NCBI GenBank assembly: GCA_965237525.1
Contig: CBDEFO010000008.1
Location: 576,001 to 640,000, forward strand
Length of the DNA stretch: 64,000 bases
Direction of reading: 5' to 3'
Origin: Candidatus Latescibacterota bacterium
GTDB taxonomy: Bacteria; Latescibacterota; CBDEFO01
The notes under the pieces are model-generated. The model did not search any database and was not told the origin of the DNA. It was given only the letters and a program-made list of their open reading frames with translations. Below are positions 1 to 10,900 of the stretch, piece after piece. The translations under genes and the position numbers were made by a program. Within the stretch, counting starts at the first letter, position 1; every line of letters starts with the position of its first letter.

Positions 1-1181
1 CTGAATTAGTTGTTCGAATGATCCTTATTGGCTATCTGTATAATTTGAGTGAGAATCGGCTCTGTCAGGAAGTGGGGATGCATGCGGCATATCGGTTGTT
101 TTGTCATCAGACATTTGATGATGCGGTTCCGGATAGGAGCACGATCAACAAGCTTCGCAATCACAAGTGGGCATCCAGTGGGTTGTTTGAACGGATAATG
201 CGTCAGGTAGTCCAGTGTTGCATAGATGTCGGTGTTGTGAGCGGTAAACACCTTAGTGTCGACGGCACTCAGATACAAGCTGATGCTTCAGTGAAAAGTA
301 TTGAGCCGATAGAACCCCCTGTTTCTCTTGATGATTATCTCAAGGGAATCGGTTTTGAAGGTGATAAGACAAAGGGTAGGTCCGGGCATCCTCAGGATAA
401 AGACTTTCATGGTGAAAAGTGGACGAACCAAACACACCGTTCGACTACAGACCCCGACGCGCGCTTATACAGCAAATCGAAGGGCAAAGGGGCTTTTCTC
501 TCGTTTATGGGCCATGATCTGATCGACACAAAAAGCAGAGTAATCCTTGAGACTCAGGGCACGCAGGCGACAGGGACAGCAGAGCCCGAAAGTGCCCTTA
601 AGATGGTAGATGACCTTGAAACATAGACCATGCCCAAAGACATTCAGACACTTAGTGCCGATACCGGTTACGGTTCTGGTAATTTTATCGCTGATGTACT
701 TGACCGGGGAATCATACCCCATATTCCTCTGCGAGCCGATGAGAAGATTGAACCGATTCCTACATGGAAAAACAAGACAAATTCAGCACATATTCAGGCC
801 GAACGGGATAGAAAAGTGCGAGAGGCGAAAGCCAGAAATCATGCACGGTCTATCTCATTAACAGCTGACTACAAACTCTCCCGGAGACTCCGTAAACGCA
901 GTGAACATATCTTTGCTGAAGCCAGGCAACAACACGGTATGGGACGAGCCCGTTATAGAGGACCAGCCTCACTGAATGAACAGTTGAATCTTGTTGCAAC
1001 AGTACAGAATCTCAAGAGGCTTGTATCTTTCATAAGAAGGGGGAAAGCGTCTATGTGTGCCCTGTCTGTCAAAGACAGTGCATCCTGTTCTTCAAACAGC
1101 TCCTATTCCTTGCTGACCAGAACTCTGATAAGACTATTTTGCTTATTCCACAGCAAAACGATACGATATGCTACTCTTTGA
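1..1181 (+). pseudogene. IS1182-family DDE transposase with internal nonsense codon
   Basis: ORFs 18-626 and 630-1181 are in frame; TAG at 624-626 corresponds to TAC (Tyr) in the intact copy; motifs VDGT, ADTGYG, RKRSEHIF. Confidence 0.9.
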
Positions 1182-1234
1182 CCCATAATCGGCGCTTCAG
1201 ACGCTGCCTGGGACATAACTATTTCACAAGGCTT
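1..1234 (+). mobile_element. IS1182/IS5-like insertion sequence, copy 1 (5' end outside window)
   Basis: Near-identical to 27254-28772 in inverted orientation; right end ...TTCACAAGGCTT (1223-1234) followed by TTAG target (1235-1238). Confidence 0.9.
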
Positions 1235-1253
1235 TTAGATAAGGAGAAGTCCA

Positions 1254-2063
1254 ATGAAAGCCAAGGAAATTATGGAGCACTTTCAGGAGGTCGGAACCTG
1301 GGTGGACTGGGATAACACGAATGACCAGTTCTTGCACGGGGATCCGGATGCAGAAGTAAAGGGGATCGCAACGGCCTGGAGTCCAACTAATTCCGCTCTG
1401 AAGCAGGCCTCTGATAAGGGACTCAACGTGTTCATCACTCATCAACCCGCCTTCTACCGTCTTCTGCTTTCCAAGGCGAAATCGGCAATCGATAATTATC
1501 ACGGAAGCCCCTCAACAGATCAACTCGCAAGAGCAAAGAGGCAGTTGCTCGACGATCTGGACATTACTTTGATGCTTTGTCACGACACATGGACCCTTAT
1601 GCCGGACGTGGGAATCCCCGATACATGGGCTGCTTTTCTGGGTTTCGATACGGCGCCGCGTCCATCGGAATCCTACTACAAGATCTGTTTGTTGGGGGAT
1701 ATGACCGTGGAGGAGGCAGCCCAGCAGGTTCTCCAGAGAGTTAGGAGCCTTGGACAAGATACGGTGCTCATTTTCGGTGACAGGCAGAAACGAGTCAGTC
1801 GTATGGCTGTCGGCACAGGGGCCGTTACCCGTCTGCCGACTATGTATGAGCTGAATGCCGACCTTATTCTGGCAACCGATGATGGCATGAACTTCTGGGA
1901 TGGAGGTCTTTGGGCTGTAGATTTAGGCATACCTGTTCTCATAGTCAATCATGCCACTTCAGAGAAGCCAGGCATGCAGGAAATGGCGGTATACCTTAGA
2001 GGGATATTCCCGGGAGTGCCCGTTGAATATGTGGATGTTGAATTCCCTTATAGTAATTTGTGA
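1254..2063 (+). CDS. Nif3-like dinuclear metal-centre protein
   Basis: GDPDAEVKGIATAW, ITHQP, CHDTW, NHATSEKPGM motifs typical of NIF3/DUF34; SD AAGGAG upstream. Confidence 0.85.
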   Translation: MKAKEIMEHFQEVGTWVDWDNTNDQFLHGDPDAEVKGIATAWSPTNSALKQASDKGLNVFITHQPAFYRLLLSKAKSAIDNYHGSPSTDQLARAKRQLLDDLDITLMLCHDTWTLMPDVGIPDTWAAFLGFDTAPRPSESYYKICLLGDMTVEEAAQQVLQRVRSLGQDTVLIFGDRQKRVSRMAVGTGAVTRLPTMYELNADLILATDDGMNFWDGGLWAVDLGIPVLIVNHATSEKPGMQEMAVYLRGIFPGVPVEYVDVEFPYSNL

Positions 2064-2373
2064 ATGAAACTGTGGATAACAAGGAGTTTCCAACTCCGCC
2101 TCGAATGTGCACAGATCAGCCCCGATGCCTTCGGTAACTCAAAGCGTTATGCCCCAGTTCATCGGTAGTTTGGATATTACCTTTCTGGAGACCGACAGGG
2201 CGATCCTGTGTGAGTTCGTGGGGAGACGTACATCTCTGTATTTGAAACCAAAGGCCAGTTTTCTATTGGCAGGAACCATAAGGAAAGTAAAGCGGAAAGG
2301 ATCAGCCAGGATCGTATGCACCCACGGGCGCGCAACAACTGAGACTTTCGTTACGACTTGCTAGGACAGGAGT

Positions 2374-3930
2374 ATGGCAAAAGCGGAGAAACACTCAATG
2401 GACTTCGAGGCGGAAATCCAGCGGAAGGAAAAACTGATCGGCTCTGCCCGGGAGTTGAAAGAAGAATTACGCGATGATCCCCATCGGCCGGGGTATCATT
2501 TCATGCCGCCGTGGGCCTGGATGAATGACATCAATGGGGCCATCTTCTGGAAAGGCCGATACCATATCTTCTACCAGCACAACCCCGAGGGCGGCTACTG
2601 GAAATGGATGCAGTGGGGACATGCCTCCAGCGTGGATCTGGTGCACTGGGTCCACCATCCCATCGCGCTTACCCCGACACTCGATGGACCTGATCGCGAT
2701 GGTTGTTACAGCGGGGGGGCATTCGTGAACAAAGAAGGCGTTCCGACTGTTATCTATCATGGAATTCCCGAAGGGACGTGTATCGCCACAAGCCACGAGG
2801 ACACGTTAATTCGCTGGACCAAGCACCCGGCCAACCCGGTGATTCGGGTGCCGAAGCCGGGTGACCCCGGCCACGGGAAGTACAAAGTTTTCGATCCGTG
2901 CGCGTGGGTGGACGGTGAAAACTATTATGCGCTTATTGGCAATCGTATTCCGGGCGTCCAGGGCGATGGGACGTCCCTGTTCAAATCGCCGGATCTGGTC
3001 CACTGGCAGTACGTCGGGCCCTTTTACCAATCGGAGCGGCGGTGGACCGAAGCCGACGAGGACTGCGCTGTGCCTGATTTCTTCCCATTGGGAGATAGGC
3101 ACATGCTGCTGTTTACGAGTCATCTGCAGACTACTCAGTGCTATCTCGGGAGGTTGGAGGGCAATCGGTACTCCCCGGAAAGCCATGGCTGGATGAGTTG
3201 GCCAGGCGGCCAACTTGGTGGTCCCAGAACGTTATTGGACGGGAAGGGACGCCGCATTTTCTTTGACTGGATACGCGAGCTTCGAGATCCCGAAAGGGAA
3301 CGAGCGTCAGGCTGGTCCGGGGTGATGACGCTGCCGAGGATTCTCCGGTTGGACCAGGACGGCACGTTGCGCATTGAGCCGGCGCCCGAACTGGAGGTGC
3401 TCCGGATGAATCCCAGTGTTTGCCGGGATATGCGACTGACAGCCGATTCAGAGCTGGTCGTGGACGATGTCCGAGGCGACTGCCTGGAATTGGCGGTGGA
3501 GATGGAACCGGAGGACGCCCAAGAATTCGGTGTGAAGGTGCGATGCTCTCCCGACGGCGCGGAGCAGACGGCTGTTGTGTACAATGCGTCTGCCGGGAAG
3601 CTGAAAGTGGACATAAGCCAATCGACTCTGGATAAGGGCATCCGATACAACCACTACCGCAACACACAGGCGCTCGAACGGTTGCCTGAAGAGGCGAGGG
3701 TTGTCCAGGCCCAGGTGGCTCCGTTCGAGCTGGCTGCCGGAGAGCCACTCAAGCTCCGCATCTTCCTAGACCGGTCGGTTCTGGAGGTGTTTGCAAACGG
3801 CCGCCAGTGCATCACGCAGCGGATCTACCCGACGCACCCCGACAGCCTGGGCGTTCGCCTCTTCTCCCGTGGCGGAGGCACAAAGTTCCAATCCGTCGAG
3901 GCATGGCGCATGGCCCCAGCCCACGACTGA
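2374..3930 (+). CDS. Glycoside hydrolase family 32-like protein (non-canonical catalytic motifs)
   Basis: WMNDING, YHIFYQHNP, WGHASSVDLVHW, GCYSGG, FDP, MTLPR, IFLDRSVLEVF (C-terminal beta-sandwich). Confidence 0.9.
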   Translation: MAKAEKHSMDFEAEIQRKEKLIGSARELKEELRDDPHRPGYHFMPPWAWMNDINGAIFWKGRYHIFYQHNPEGGYWKWMQWGHASSVDLVHWVHHPIALTPTLDGPDRDGCYSGGAFVNKEGVPTVIYHGIPEGTCIATSHEDTLIRWTKHPANPVIRVPKPGDPGHGKYKVFDPCAWVDGENYYALIGNRIPGVQGDGTSLFKSPDLVHWQYVGPFYQSERRWTEADEDCAVPDFFPLGDRHMLLFTSHLQTTQCYLGRLEGNRYSPESHGWMSWPGGQLGGPRTLLDGKGRRIFFDWIRELRDPERERASGWSGVMTLPRILRLDQDGTLRIEPAPELEVLRMNPSVCRDMRLTADSELVVDDVRGDCLELAVEMEPEDAQEFGVKVRCSPDGAEQTAVVYNASAGKLKVDISQSTLDKGIRYNHYRNTQALERLPEEARVVQAQVAPFELAAGEPLKLRIFLDRSVLEVFANGRQCITQRIYPTHPDSLGVRLFSRGGGTKFQSVEAWRMAPAHD

Positions 3931-4492
3931 AAGCCGTATCAACCGCAAGGACCGTCTGAGCGAGATGAAATCCAGGGTACCTAGGTCGAGACTGTGGAAT
4001 ACGAGAAGAATAAGAAAGTTATCTCCGACGTTGAGTATAAGGACATACGACAGGTTATATACAGAACTGTATCAGGCTGAAAGTGAATGCGGAAAGTTAA
4101 AGTCCTCTCCTGTCAGATAGGAAGTAGCGACCAGGGCCGCTACCCCAGAGATTACCCTTATTATATTAGACGTATTCCGTACTAGTAGAGGTATTTCTTA
4201 TGAACCAGAAGAAATCAAGAGCTTGGAGTACAATATTGGACACTTTTGAAGTTTCTCCAAAGCTCCTGTGTTACAATGACTTTTCAAATAACATGCTTGT
4301 TGTGCATTAGACCTAATCTATAACAGTTCAAAGGACCAATCTTCGCGCTTCCTCTACAGAGCGGAAGCGCTTCAGGAGCGGCTCAGTTAAGGGGTACTCC
4401 GGACACTAAGAGCCTATACGAAGATCCCTCCTGGCGTCACACGGCTGCAATGGCGGTGTCCGGCGCAGGCTATCACCCTCCTCAACGCTTGT

Positions 4493-4542
4493 CTCCGATT
4501 GAGTCCCCGATTGATTCTACCCCCGATTGAATCTATGGGGGG
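4493..4542. repeat. Nested CCCCGAT-palindrome cluster (3 partial/complete units)
   Basis: ctccgattgagt-ccccgattgattcta-cccccgattgaatctatgggggg. Confidence 0.85.
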
Positions 4543-4552
4543 TGATCAAGGA

Positions 4553-5308
4553 TCAGCCTCGCCCGATGTAGGGCATTTTGGTCGCCATGATGGTCATAAA
4601 TGGCACGTTGGCGTCCAACGGGAGAGTGGCCATGTACACCACCGCGCGCGCTACATGATCTGCGTCCATAGTAGGTTCAACCTTCATTGATCCATTGGCC
4701 TGCGGAACGCCGTCTTGCATTCCGTCGGTCATCTGAGTCTCGGCGTTGCCAATGTCTATCTGGCCGCAGGCAATATCGTACTGGCGTCCCTCTAAAGCGG
4801 TCGACTTAGTGAGACCTGTCACGCCGTGCTTAGCGGTCGTATAGGGCGCGGCGTTGGGACGTGGTACGTGAGCCGATATGGAGCCGTTATTGATGATGCG
4901 CCCGCCCCTGGGTTTCTGACTCTTCATGATCTTGAACGCTTCCTGCGTACACAGAAATGTGCCGGTCAGGTTGGTGTCCACGACGGATTTCCATTTCTCG
5001 TAGGTCAGATCTTCCAGGGGTCCCCCCGCTCCGATCCCCGCGTTGTTAAACAGCACGTCGAGCCGGCCAAAGGTCTCCTTCGTCTTGGCGAACAAGGCTC
5101 GAACGGAGACAGGATCAGTCACGTCAGTAGGAACAACCAGTGTTTTCGAGCCAGACGGCTCTGCTTCTGCCGCGGTCGTCTCTAAAGGCTCCACACGACG
5201 TCCAGCCAGTGCAACGGAATACCCCTCCTGCAGAAGAGCGAGAGTCGTTCGCCTGCCAATACCGGTTCCCGCTCCCGTAACGATGGCTATCTTCCCGAGT
5301 GAACTCAT
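4553..5308 (-). CDS. Short-chain dehydrogenase/reductase (SDR)
   Basis: [22 protein letters not shown] motifs; SD GGAGG. Confidence 0.93.
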   Translation of the reverse strand: MSSLGKIAIVTGAGTGIGRRTTLALLQEGYSVALAGRRVEPLETTAAEAEPSGSKTLVVPTDVTDPVSVRALFAKTKETFGRLDVLFNNAGIGAGGPLEDLTYEKWKSVVDTNLTGTFLCTQEAFKIMKSQKPRGGRIINNGSISAHVPRPNAAPYTTAKHGVTGLTKSTALEGRQYDIACGQIDIGNAETQMTDGMQDGVPQANGSMKVEPTMDADHVARAVVYMATLPLDANVPFMTIMATKMPYIGRG

Positions 5309-5332
5309 TTGTCATACCTCCTAAAGCTGTAG

Positions 5333-5374
5333 CCCCCGACCCCCGATAGAGTCAATCAGGGGTTCAATCGGGGG
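5333..5374. repeat. Nested CCCCGAT-palindrome (unit inside unit)
   Basis: cccccga[cccccgatagagtcaatcagggg]ttcaatcggggg. Confidence 0.85.
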
Positions 5375-5439
5375 TTGCCAGGTACGTTTCTCAAATCTGT
5401 GTGGGAATTGTGCATAATACTCCCACCCCTTCTATTCTA

Positions 5440-5729
5440 TTAAACGGCTTGCATGTTCGCCCCACACCAGACGAAGTCCGATCCCAGCAGCGTTTCGATC
5501 ACGTGGAACATGTGATCGTCTTCAACGAACATTTCGGTCAACTCTGGATGCTCCAGGGCCAAGTCAATCACGCAAGACCATATCTGGACGAGATCGGGCT
5601 TGTTCAGGTGCTAGGAGATAATGGACTGGAATTCCCGGCCGAGCACCTCGATCTCAACGGCGAGTAGCATTGGCGCATCGTGGCGTAGCCGAAAGTCTCG
5701 AAGTGCGCTTTCTGTTCGTCCGTAAACAT
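5440..5729 (-). pseudogene. Phytanoyl-CoA dioxygenase (PhyH) family N-terminal fragment
   Basis: Reads MFTDEQKAHFETFGYATMRQCYSP, then after a frameshift and internal stop ...FVEDDHMFHVIETLLGSDFVW; truncated; SD GGGAG upstream. Confidence 0.65.
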
Positions 5730-5737
5730 ACTCTCCC

Positions 5738-7552
5738 TCACCAGGGCTCGTCTCGCTTCATGCCAAAATCCACCTTCAGGAAATAATACATCTCATCCAT
5801 AGGCACGGCCTCATTCCACATCGTTATGCCGTACTTCTGGCACAATCTGAAGAACTCTCTGAAATGTGGACGGGTGCGTCCAGCAATATCAGGAGGGACC
5901 TTTCCATCCTTTCCGGACCATGCCCAGGGAAGGGCCTCACTCATAGCTGCAGCGTGGATGGCAATCGATGCCTTCTCAAGACGAGCACGAATTGTCGGAT
6001 CGTCGGTCAATGCAAAAGCCTCATCTAAAGCCTGCACGCCAACACGAACGACTGATGCATCAATCCCGAAATTCTCGCCTATACCCGACCACCCATACTG
6101 TATGCCCTTTTCTTCCGCACTCTCGTGTAAACGATCTATAAACCTGCGGATCTGGCGACCGGCCTTGCCGTAGTGCAGATGCAGAAACTCGTCCATTACT
6201 TTGTTGCCATCTTCATTGGGATCCCACAGTAGTCGGCTGGTCATATAGTTCTGCAGATCAGAAAGCCCGGACTGCGGCGCATTATATACCGCCTGCATAA
6301 AGATGCCCTTAACGCCGTTATCCAGAAAATAACGAATGTTTGGCTCAACGACGCGCATATTGGGTATCGGCAACTGATATATCGCAAAATTGGTATTGTA
6401 ATACCAGAGGTTGATATGATCGCAGATTCGACCCCAGCCTTCTAATGCCTGACGGAATTTCACGCTTTCCGAATACGTGGACGTTTCAATCGGATCCGTT
6501 ACGCTGCAATCGTGAGTCGTCAGTTGAACGATTACATTGGGATGCGCCTTAATGGTCTTTGGCGGTTTCTGCGAATACTTGTACGCGAGCGTGCCGATTT
6601 TCACGTCCGGATATTTCTTCACCACCTCTTTGGTCACTGCGTTCACGAAAAGCAAGAGAGTCCCCATGCCCGATTCTTCGCGCTGATCGGTTAACTCACA
6701 TTTCGGGCAGCGACATTTGTGTCCCCCGTCGTTTTGGCTAACGGCGATGCTCTTCTGGTCGGGATTAGCCGCAAGCTCGTCGAGTACAGCCTGAGTGACA
6801 ATTTCAAGCACTTCGGGATGTGAAAGACACAGTTGGGCATCTTTTTCTTCGGTGATGTACTTACCGTCACGCATGCCAAAATATTCCGGGTTTGACTTCG
6901 AGTATTTCCTCCAGGGAATCTGCCGGTAGAAGCTATGGCCGAAAAGCATAATATCAGTTGTGCCGCCAAGCATAGGGTCATGTGTTACTGTATTACAGCG
7001 CAACCTGGCCGCAAACTCGGGATGATCCGCGTTTACCTTGTATGCGCTAAAGCGGTATGACATTGGAGGATGATACGACCGATCCACTTGGCTGATCATG
7101 GCTTGTTTCTTTGCACGAGGCACATACGTGTGGTCGTGAGACAGGAAACGCACGCCCAGGTAATCTTCAAGAAACGTATAGACGCCGTACAGCGTTCCTC
7201 TGGGCTGGCCCCCGGCAATGGCAATATTCTTCTTGCTAACGATAATCCGCAGATCTTCCGGTCCGAAATCCTGAACATCAAATCCGACCGGGCTGGATTT
7301 CATCGATGTGCCGCTTCCGATATAGATATGAAAATTACTTCCCTTAGCTACCGAAGTGACGATGGGCAGATGAATGTCAGTGGTTTGCTTCAAGAAATTC
7401 TGGAACTCCTTGGCTGCATATCCCTCGCTGGGAATGGCATCCTCATCAATGACGATATCCCAGTTCTCTAATTGACTAATTCTGACCCCTCTGGGAGCAG
7501 CGGCTGCCAAGGCAGCTTGTAATAGAACGAGCAAAGTTGTTACATAGGGCAT
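5738..7552 (-). CDS. Secreted DUF4838-domain protein (GH-like)
   Basis: Signal peptide; YAAKEFQNFL, RGTLYGVYTFLEDYLGVRF, HSFY, QLCLSHP, SQNDG..C.C..C, TLAY, LLWDP. Confidence 0.8.
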   Translation of the reverse strand: MPYVTTLLVLLQAALAAAAPRGVRISQLENWDIVIDEDAIPSEGYAAKEFQNFLKQTTDIHLPIVTSVAKGSNFHIYIGSGTSMKSSPVGFDVQDFGPEDLRIIVSKKNIAIAGGQPRGTLYGVYTFLEDYLGVRFLSHDHTYVPRAKKQAMISQVDRSYHPPMSYRFSAYKVNADHPEFAARLRCNTVTHDPMLGGTTDIMLFGHSFYRQIPWRKYSKSNPEYFGMRDGKYITEEKDAQLCLSHPEVLEIVTQAVLDELAANPDQKSIAVSQNDGGHKCRCPKCELTDQREESGMGTLLLFVNAVTKEVVKKYPDVKIGTLAYKYSQKPPKTIKAHPNVIVQLTTHDCSVTDPIETSTYSESVKFRQALEGWGRICDHINLWYYNTNFAIYQLPIPNMRVVEPNIRYFLDNGVKGIFMQAVYNAPQSGLSDLQNYMTSRLLWDPNEDGNKVMDEFLHLHYGKAGRQIRRFIDRLHESAEEKGIQYGWSGIGENFGIDASVVRVGVQALDEAFALTDDPTIRARLEKASIAIHAAAMSEALPWAWSGKDGKVPPDIAGRTRPHFREFFRLCQKYGITMWNEAVPMDEMYYFLKVDFGMKRDEPW

Positions 7553-7724
7553 TTGTTTCTCCTTAGCGATAACTGCTCAGGACTCGACAATGTAAGTCTG
7601 AATTTGAATACCCTCTATCGCATCAGACTGCATCCAGCCCGGCTCTACTTCCCCGGCTCTACTTCCATAGGGTACCGCGATTATGCGATATGCCGAACGC
7701 GGCTCCAACGGAGTTTCCAGCGTC

Positions 7725-9314
7725 CTACGGCGTGAAAGTCACTGCTGCACCCGCATACGTCTCGTCGTTGCGGAGGGCGTTGCGGTGCGGCAGGTACTCA
7801 ACCAATATGTCCACGTCGGTGATCGAGATCGGGTGGATGAGCTTCTCGTCCTTCTTCAGCAGGTCGACGCGCAGCGTGTTGGTGTCCTTGTTTGGCAGCA
7901 ATCCGTCCATTAGATCGACATGGAGACGGTAGCCCCGTACGCCCGCGCTTGGCCGCATCTGGAACACCCGGTCCACCTTGCGAATCCTATCCTCCGGCAC
8001 CACTGCGCCGTTCCAGTACATTCGTACCTCATCGGCGCGAAGCATTTCGTGCAGCATGATCCGTAGCTCGCAGCGCCATAACTCGCCTGCTGCCTGCTTG
8101 GAGGCGATGTCGTCGGCCACGTCAATGGTGATCTCCTTACCCCGATTGCCGACCTTTAGCTCCTGCGGTAGCTGTTCTGTGAGGCCATATGTGGCGGCTT
8201 TAGGTCGGGCTGCTCCAGGTCCTACGTGGAAGGTCTTGTCTTTGTGGGTGACAACGTCCGGGTAGGCGAGGTAGCGAAGGCGGTCCGTGTCTTGGGTTGT
8301 GTACGGGTAGCGATGTGGCGGCGGGTAGTACCTGTGATATAGGATGCCCTGCACACCAGCGTGGTAGGCATTGACGGCGGCGGCGCGATGCACCTCTGTC
8401 GTCTGCTCCTGACCGACGCTGTCCAGACCGGCAATAACTGGTATGCCCGTGTCCTCTGTGAGTGTTACGATCTCCCGAAGCCGCGCTGTCTCGCTGGAGA
8501 AGTCGCCGCCGACCGGCATCGCCACGATAGTGTCTACCAGCCCTTCCTTTACCCACGTTTCGACATCGTGGCCAATAAGCCTGCTGCCCTCCAGGGTCGC
8601 GGAGATTCGGGCCACCAGCCGCTTCTGCCGGCCTTGTGTCCGGGCGGCTTCGTCGCAAGCCTGGCTGATCTGCCGCACCCAGTCGGTCACGGTGTCGGTG
8701 TGCTCGGCCACTTCTCTGCGGGCGATGAAGGGTGCGTAGTCATGGAAGTTAATCTCAATACCGTCGGTCGGGTAGTCGCCGAGCAGTTCTCGGATGACCG
8801 CCAACCGGTTTTCCCGAACCTCGGGCACGGTGTACGACAGGCGGTTGGGTTGGTCGAATTCTGCTTCGGTGTAGTCGGGTTCCTCACCGACCTGCCACTC
8901 AGGGTGCTCAGTGGTAAAGTCAGCGACGCGGCAGCTGGTTACCCGATCGTGGTCTACGTGAGACATATTCAGAAGGAAATGGGGTAGAAAATTGAGGCTA
9001 CGCTTATGGGCATGCTCGCAGACGACCATGAGCGGGTCGTAGCCGCTCTTGATCATGGCCTCGCAGTTCTGGGCGGCTTTGTACCAAACCTCATGGTTGG
9101 CCAGGTCAACGTTGTGCCCCCACCGCTCTCCCACCTTGGTGTCGTAGAGCAGCACGCTGCAATCTCCCACCACATAGCTGATGGTATCGATGCCCAGATC
9201 CAGGACCTCGTCTATAGGCTCCACAAACTGCCTCACGCCCATCGGCGGTTCGTACAGGTAGACGCTGGAGTGCCGACCATCCGTCTCGAACATGATTTCG
9301 TGTCTCTCACTCAT
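7725..9314 (-). CDS. Putative glycoside hydrolase-like TIM-barrel protein (GHL10-like)
   Basis: DPLMVVCEHAH, EHPEW, LSYTVPEVRE..L, YPTDGIEINF, GHDVETWVKEGLVD pattern of 'family 10 glycosylhydrolase'-like proteins. Confidence 0.6.
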   Translation of the reverse strand: MSERHEIMFETDGRHSSVYLYEPPMGVRQFVEPIDEVLDLGIDTISYVVGDCSVLLYDTKVGERWGHNVDLANHEVWYKAAQNCEAMIKSGYDPLMVVCEHAHKRSLNFLPHFLLNMSHVDHDRVTSCRVADFTTEHPEWQVGEEPDYTEAEFDQPNRLSYTVPEVRENRLAVIRELLGDYPTDGIEINFHDYAPFIARREVAEHTDTVTDWVRQISQACDEAARTQGRQKRLVARISATLEGSRLIGHDVETWVKEGLVDTIVAMPVGGDFSSETARLREIVTLTEDTGIPVIAGLDSVGQEQTTEVHRAAAVNAYHAGVQGILYHRYYPPPHRYPYTTQDTDRLRYLAYPDVVTHKDKTFHVGPGAARPKAATYGLTEQLPQELKVGNRGKEITIDVADDIASKQAAGELWRCELRIMLHEMLRADEVRMYWNGAVVPEDRIRKVDRVFQMRPSAGVRGYRLHVDLMDGLLPNKDTNTLRVDLLKKDEKLIHPISITDVDILVEYLPHRNALRNDETYAGAAVTFTP

Positions 9315-9499
9315 GTGTATCTGCTCCTAGAATCTGTTCTGTTGCATGACACGCGTGCTTTTCTTAAGAACTTGGTTCCCTCTGTGACTGTAAGCAGGGC
9401 TTCAACATCCATCTTTTTCTCCTTTTGAGAAACACTTTCAATGTCGTTTTCTTAATCCCTTTGGCTCACCCCTGCTATCTTCCCCTTTACTTTTTCCAA

Positions 9500-9586
9500 G
9501 TACGACCAGTACGACTAGTACGGGGTCAAATACATAAACTTTTGTTTTGTAAAATGTTACTGATAAAGGGGTCGTACTGGTCGTAC
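9500..9586. repeat. 16-bp perfect inverted repeat around an AT-rich spacer
   Basis: GTACGACCAGTACGAC (9500-9515) / GTCGTACTGGTCGTAC (9571-9586), built from ~9-bp GTACGAC(C/T)A units. Confidence 0.8.
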
Positions 9587-9708
9587 CTCCGTAACTGTTT
9601 GTCAGCAGGAAGTAGGCCCACTCGATAATACCAAGGTCTTCCCCCTCCTTCTTCTTTCTGTTCAACGGCTTGCAGGCCGTCTTTTGAGCGGTGCTGAGTA
9701 TAGAGCTG

Positions 9709-9886
9709 CTACAGTTTCGCGCAAGCAACAAATATCTTGAGGTCTTCATTGCCTTCGTGCAACAGCCCATGACTGCTTCCTGATTTAGTCAGAATCACGT
9801 CTCCAGGCTTGACATTGCTGCTTCTCATTGTCCACTGTCATTAGCCCCTGTCCGGAGACAATATAGTAGATCTCTTCATCCCCCCG
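9709..9886 (-). pseudogene. Cupin-domain gene, C-terminal half
   Basis: GDEEIYYIVSGQGLMTVDNEKQQ, +1 frameshift, VKPGDVILTKSGSSHGL...DLKIFVACAKL*. Confidence 0.8.
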
Positions 9887-10817
9887 GAATGAAATCTTTC
9901 TCGTTTGACTTCTCTTGCTTAGGTGGACGGTAGCCGGTGTATCTCTGTGATGAAAGATTAAACCATTCTAACTTCTGATCAACTTCTTGTAAGCTTTTGA
10001 ACTGAATTCTGTTCCAGAACTTCCTTGAAAATACAGAATTGTTGCCTTCTATAGATGCTTGAGAAAAGGGCCTTCTGGGAACGGCAAATATCGGAATCAC
10101 TTGATTTTTCAAGAGAAACTGCATTGCTTTGCTGACATTCCTTTTACCTGAAACACTGCCAATAGTCGCCGAGCAATTGTCCACCTTAACGAAATCTGGT
10201 TTTTCAAACCTGTCAAAGAAAGACTGACACTTCTCGATAAAGTTAGTTGCTGTTTGACCGTCAACCCGCCGAAAATACCTTAACTTAGGCTCTTTCTTAA
10301 AGGAAAATCCAACGAAGTTGACCGGCTCAGTTCTGCCGGTAAGATACTTTTTACCAATAAAGTCTGATTCTAGGACTCTGCCTCCTGAAAGATAGTAAAT
10401 GGTATACTCTGGATAACAAAGATAACGAGATGCACCCTTGTTTTTACCTTTCTTCCTTCTCTGGGAAAGTCCTAAATCTGAAAGCATTCTGCCGATAGTC
10501 GGCAACGACGGAGGAGGGGTGCTAGAATATCGATTCCTCCATTCTTGTTCAATAACAGTGGCTCCTGAATAGAACTGATAAGGATCGTCCTCTAAGCTAT
10601 GGTAAATCTCTTTGATTCTCTGTTCGTCAACTTTAGCCAATTTTCGCCTTTTTCCTTTTGGCCAACCCCGATTATCCATGGCAAAATCCTGATCCGGAGA
10701 TTTAGTCCAAGCCGTAACGAAATCATTGGAAACTCTCGCTTGTTTGATAACTTCTCGCTTTGACATTTCTTTCTTAAAATACATCTCGTTGACTTCTTGT
10801 CAAATCTCCTTTGCCAT
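9876..10817 (-). pseudogene. DDE (rve-like, IS481/ISNCY-type) transposase, early stop and C-terminal truncation
   Basis: ATG at 10817 then TGA at codon 6; ESDFIG, VKVDNC, ASIEGNNS DDE-like triad; ends abruptly at the cupin junction. Confidence 0.7.
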
Positions 10818-10900
10818 AGGACTCCGTAGATTAGTTGACAATCAACTCAACTTAATCTACTAATACATTATGGTCTAAACAGATCAAATTCAAAGGCACG

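Noticed and set aside
7638..7665. 14-bp tandem duplication CCCGGCTCTACTTC x2
   Set aside because: Real but isolated; most simply explained by slippage with no evident function.
9438..9770. 110-aa ORF as a gene
   Set aside because: Its 5' part overlaps the cupin remnant in another frame, so it is chimeric.
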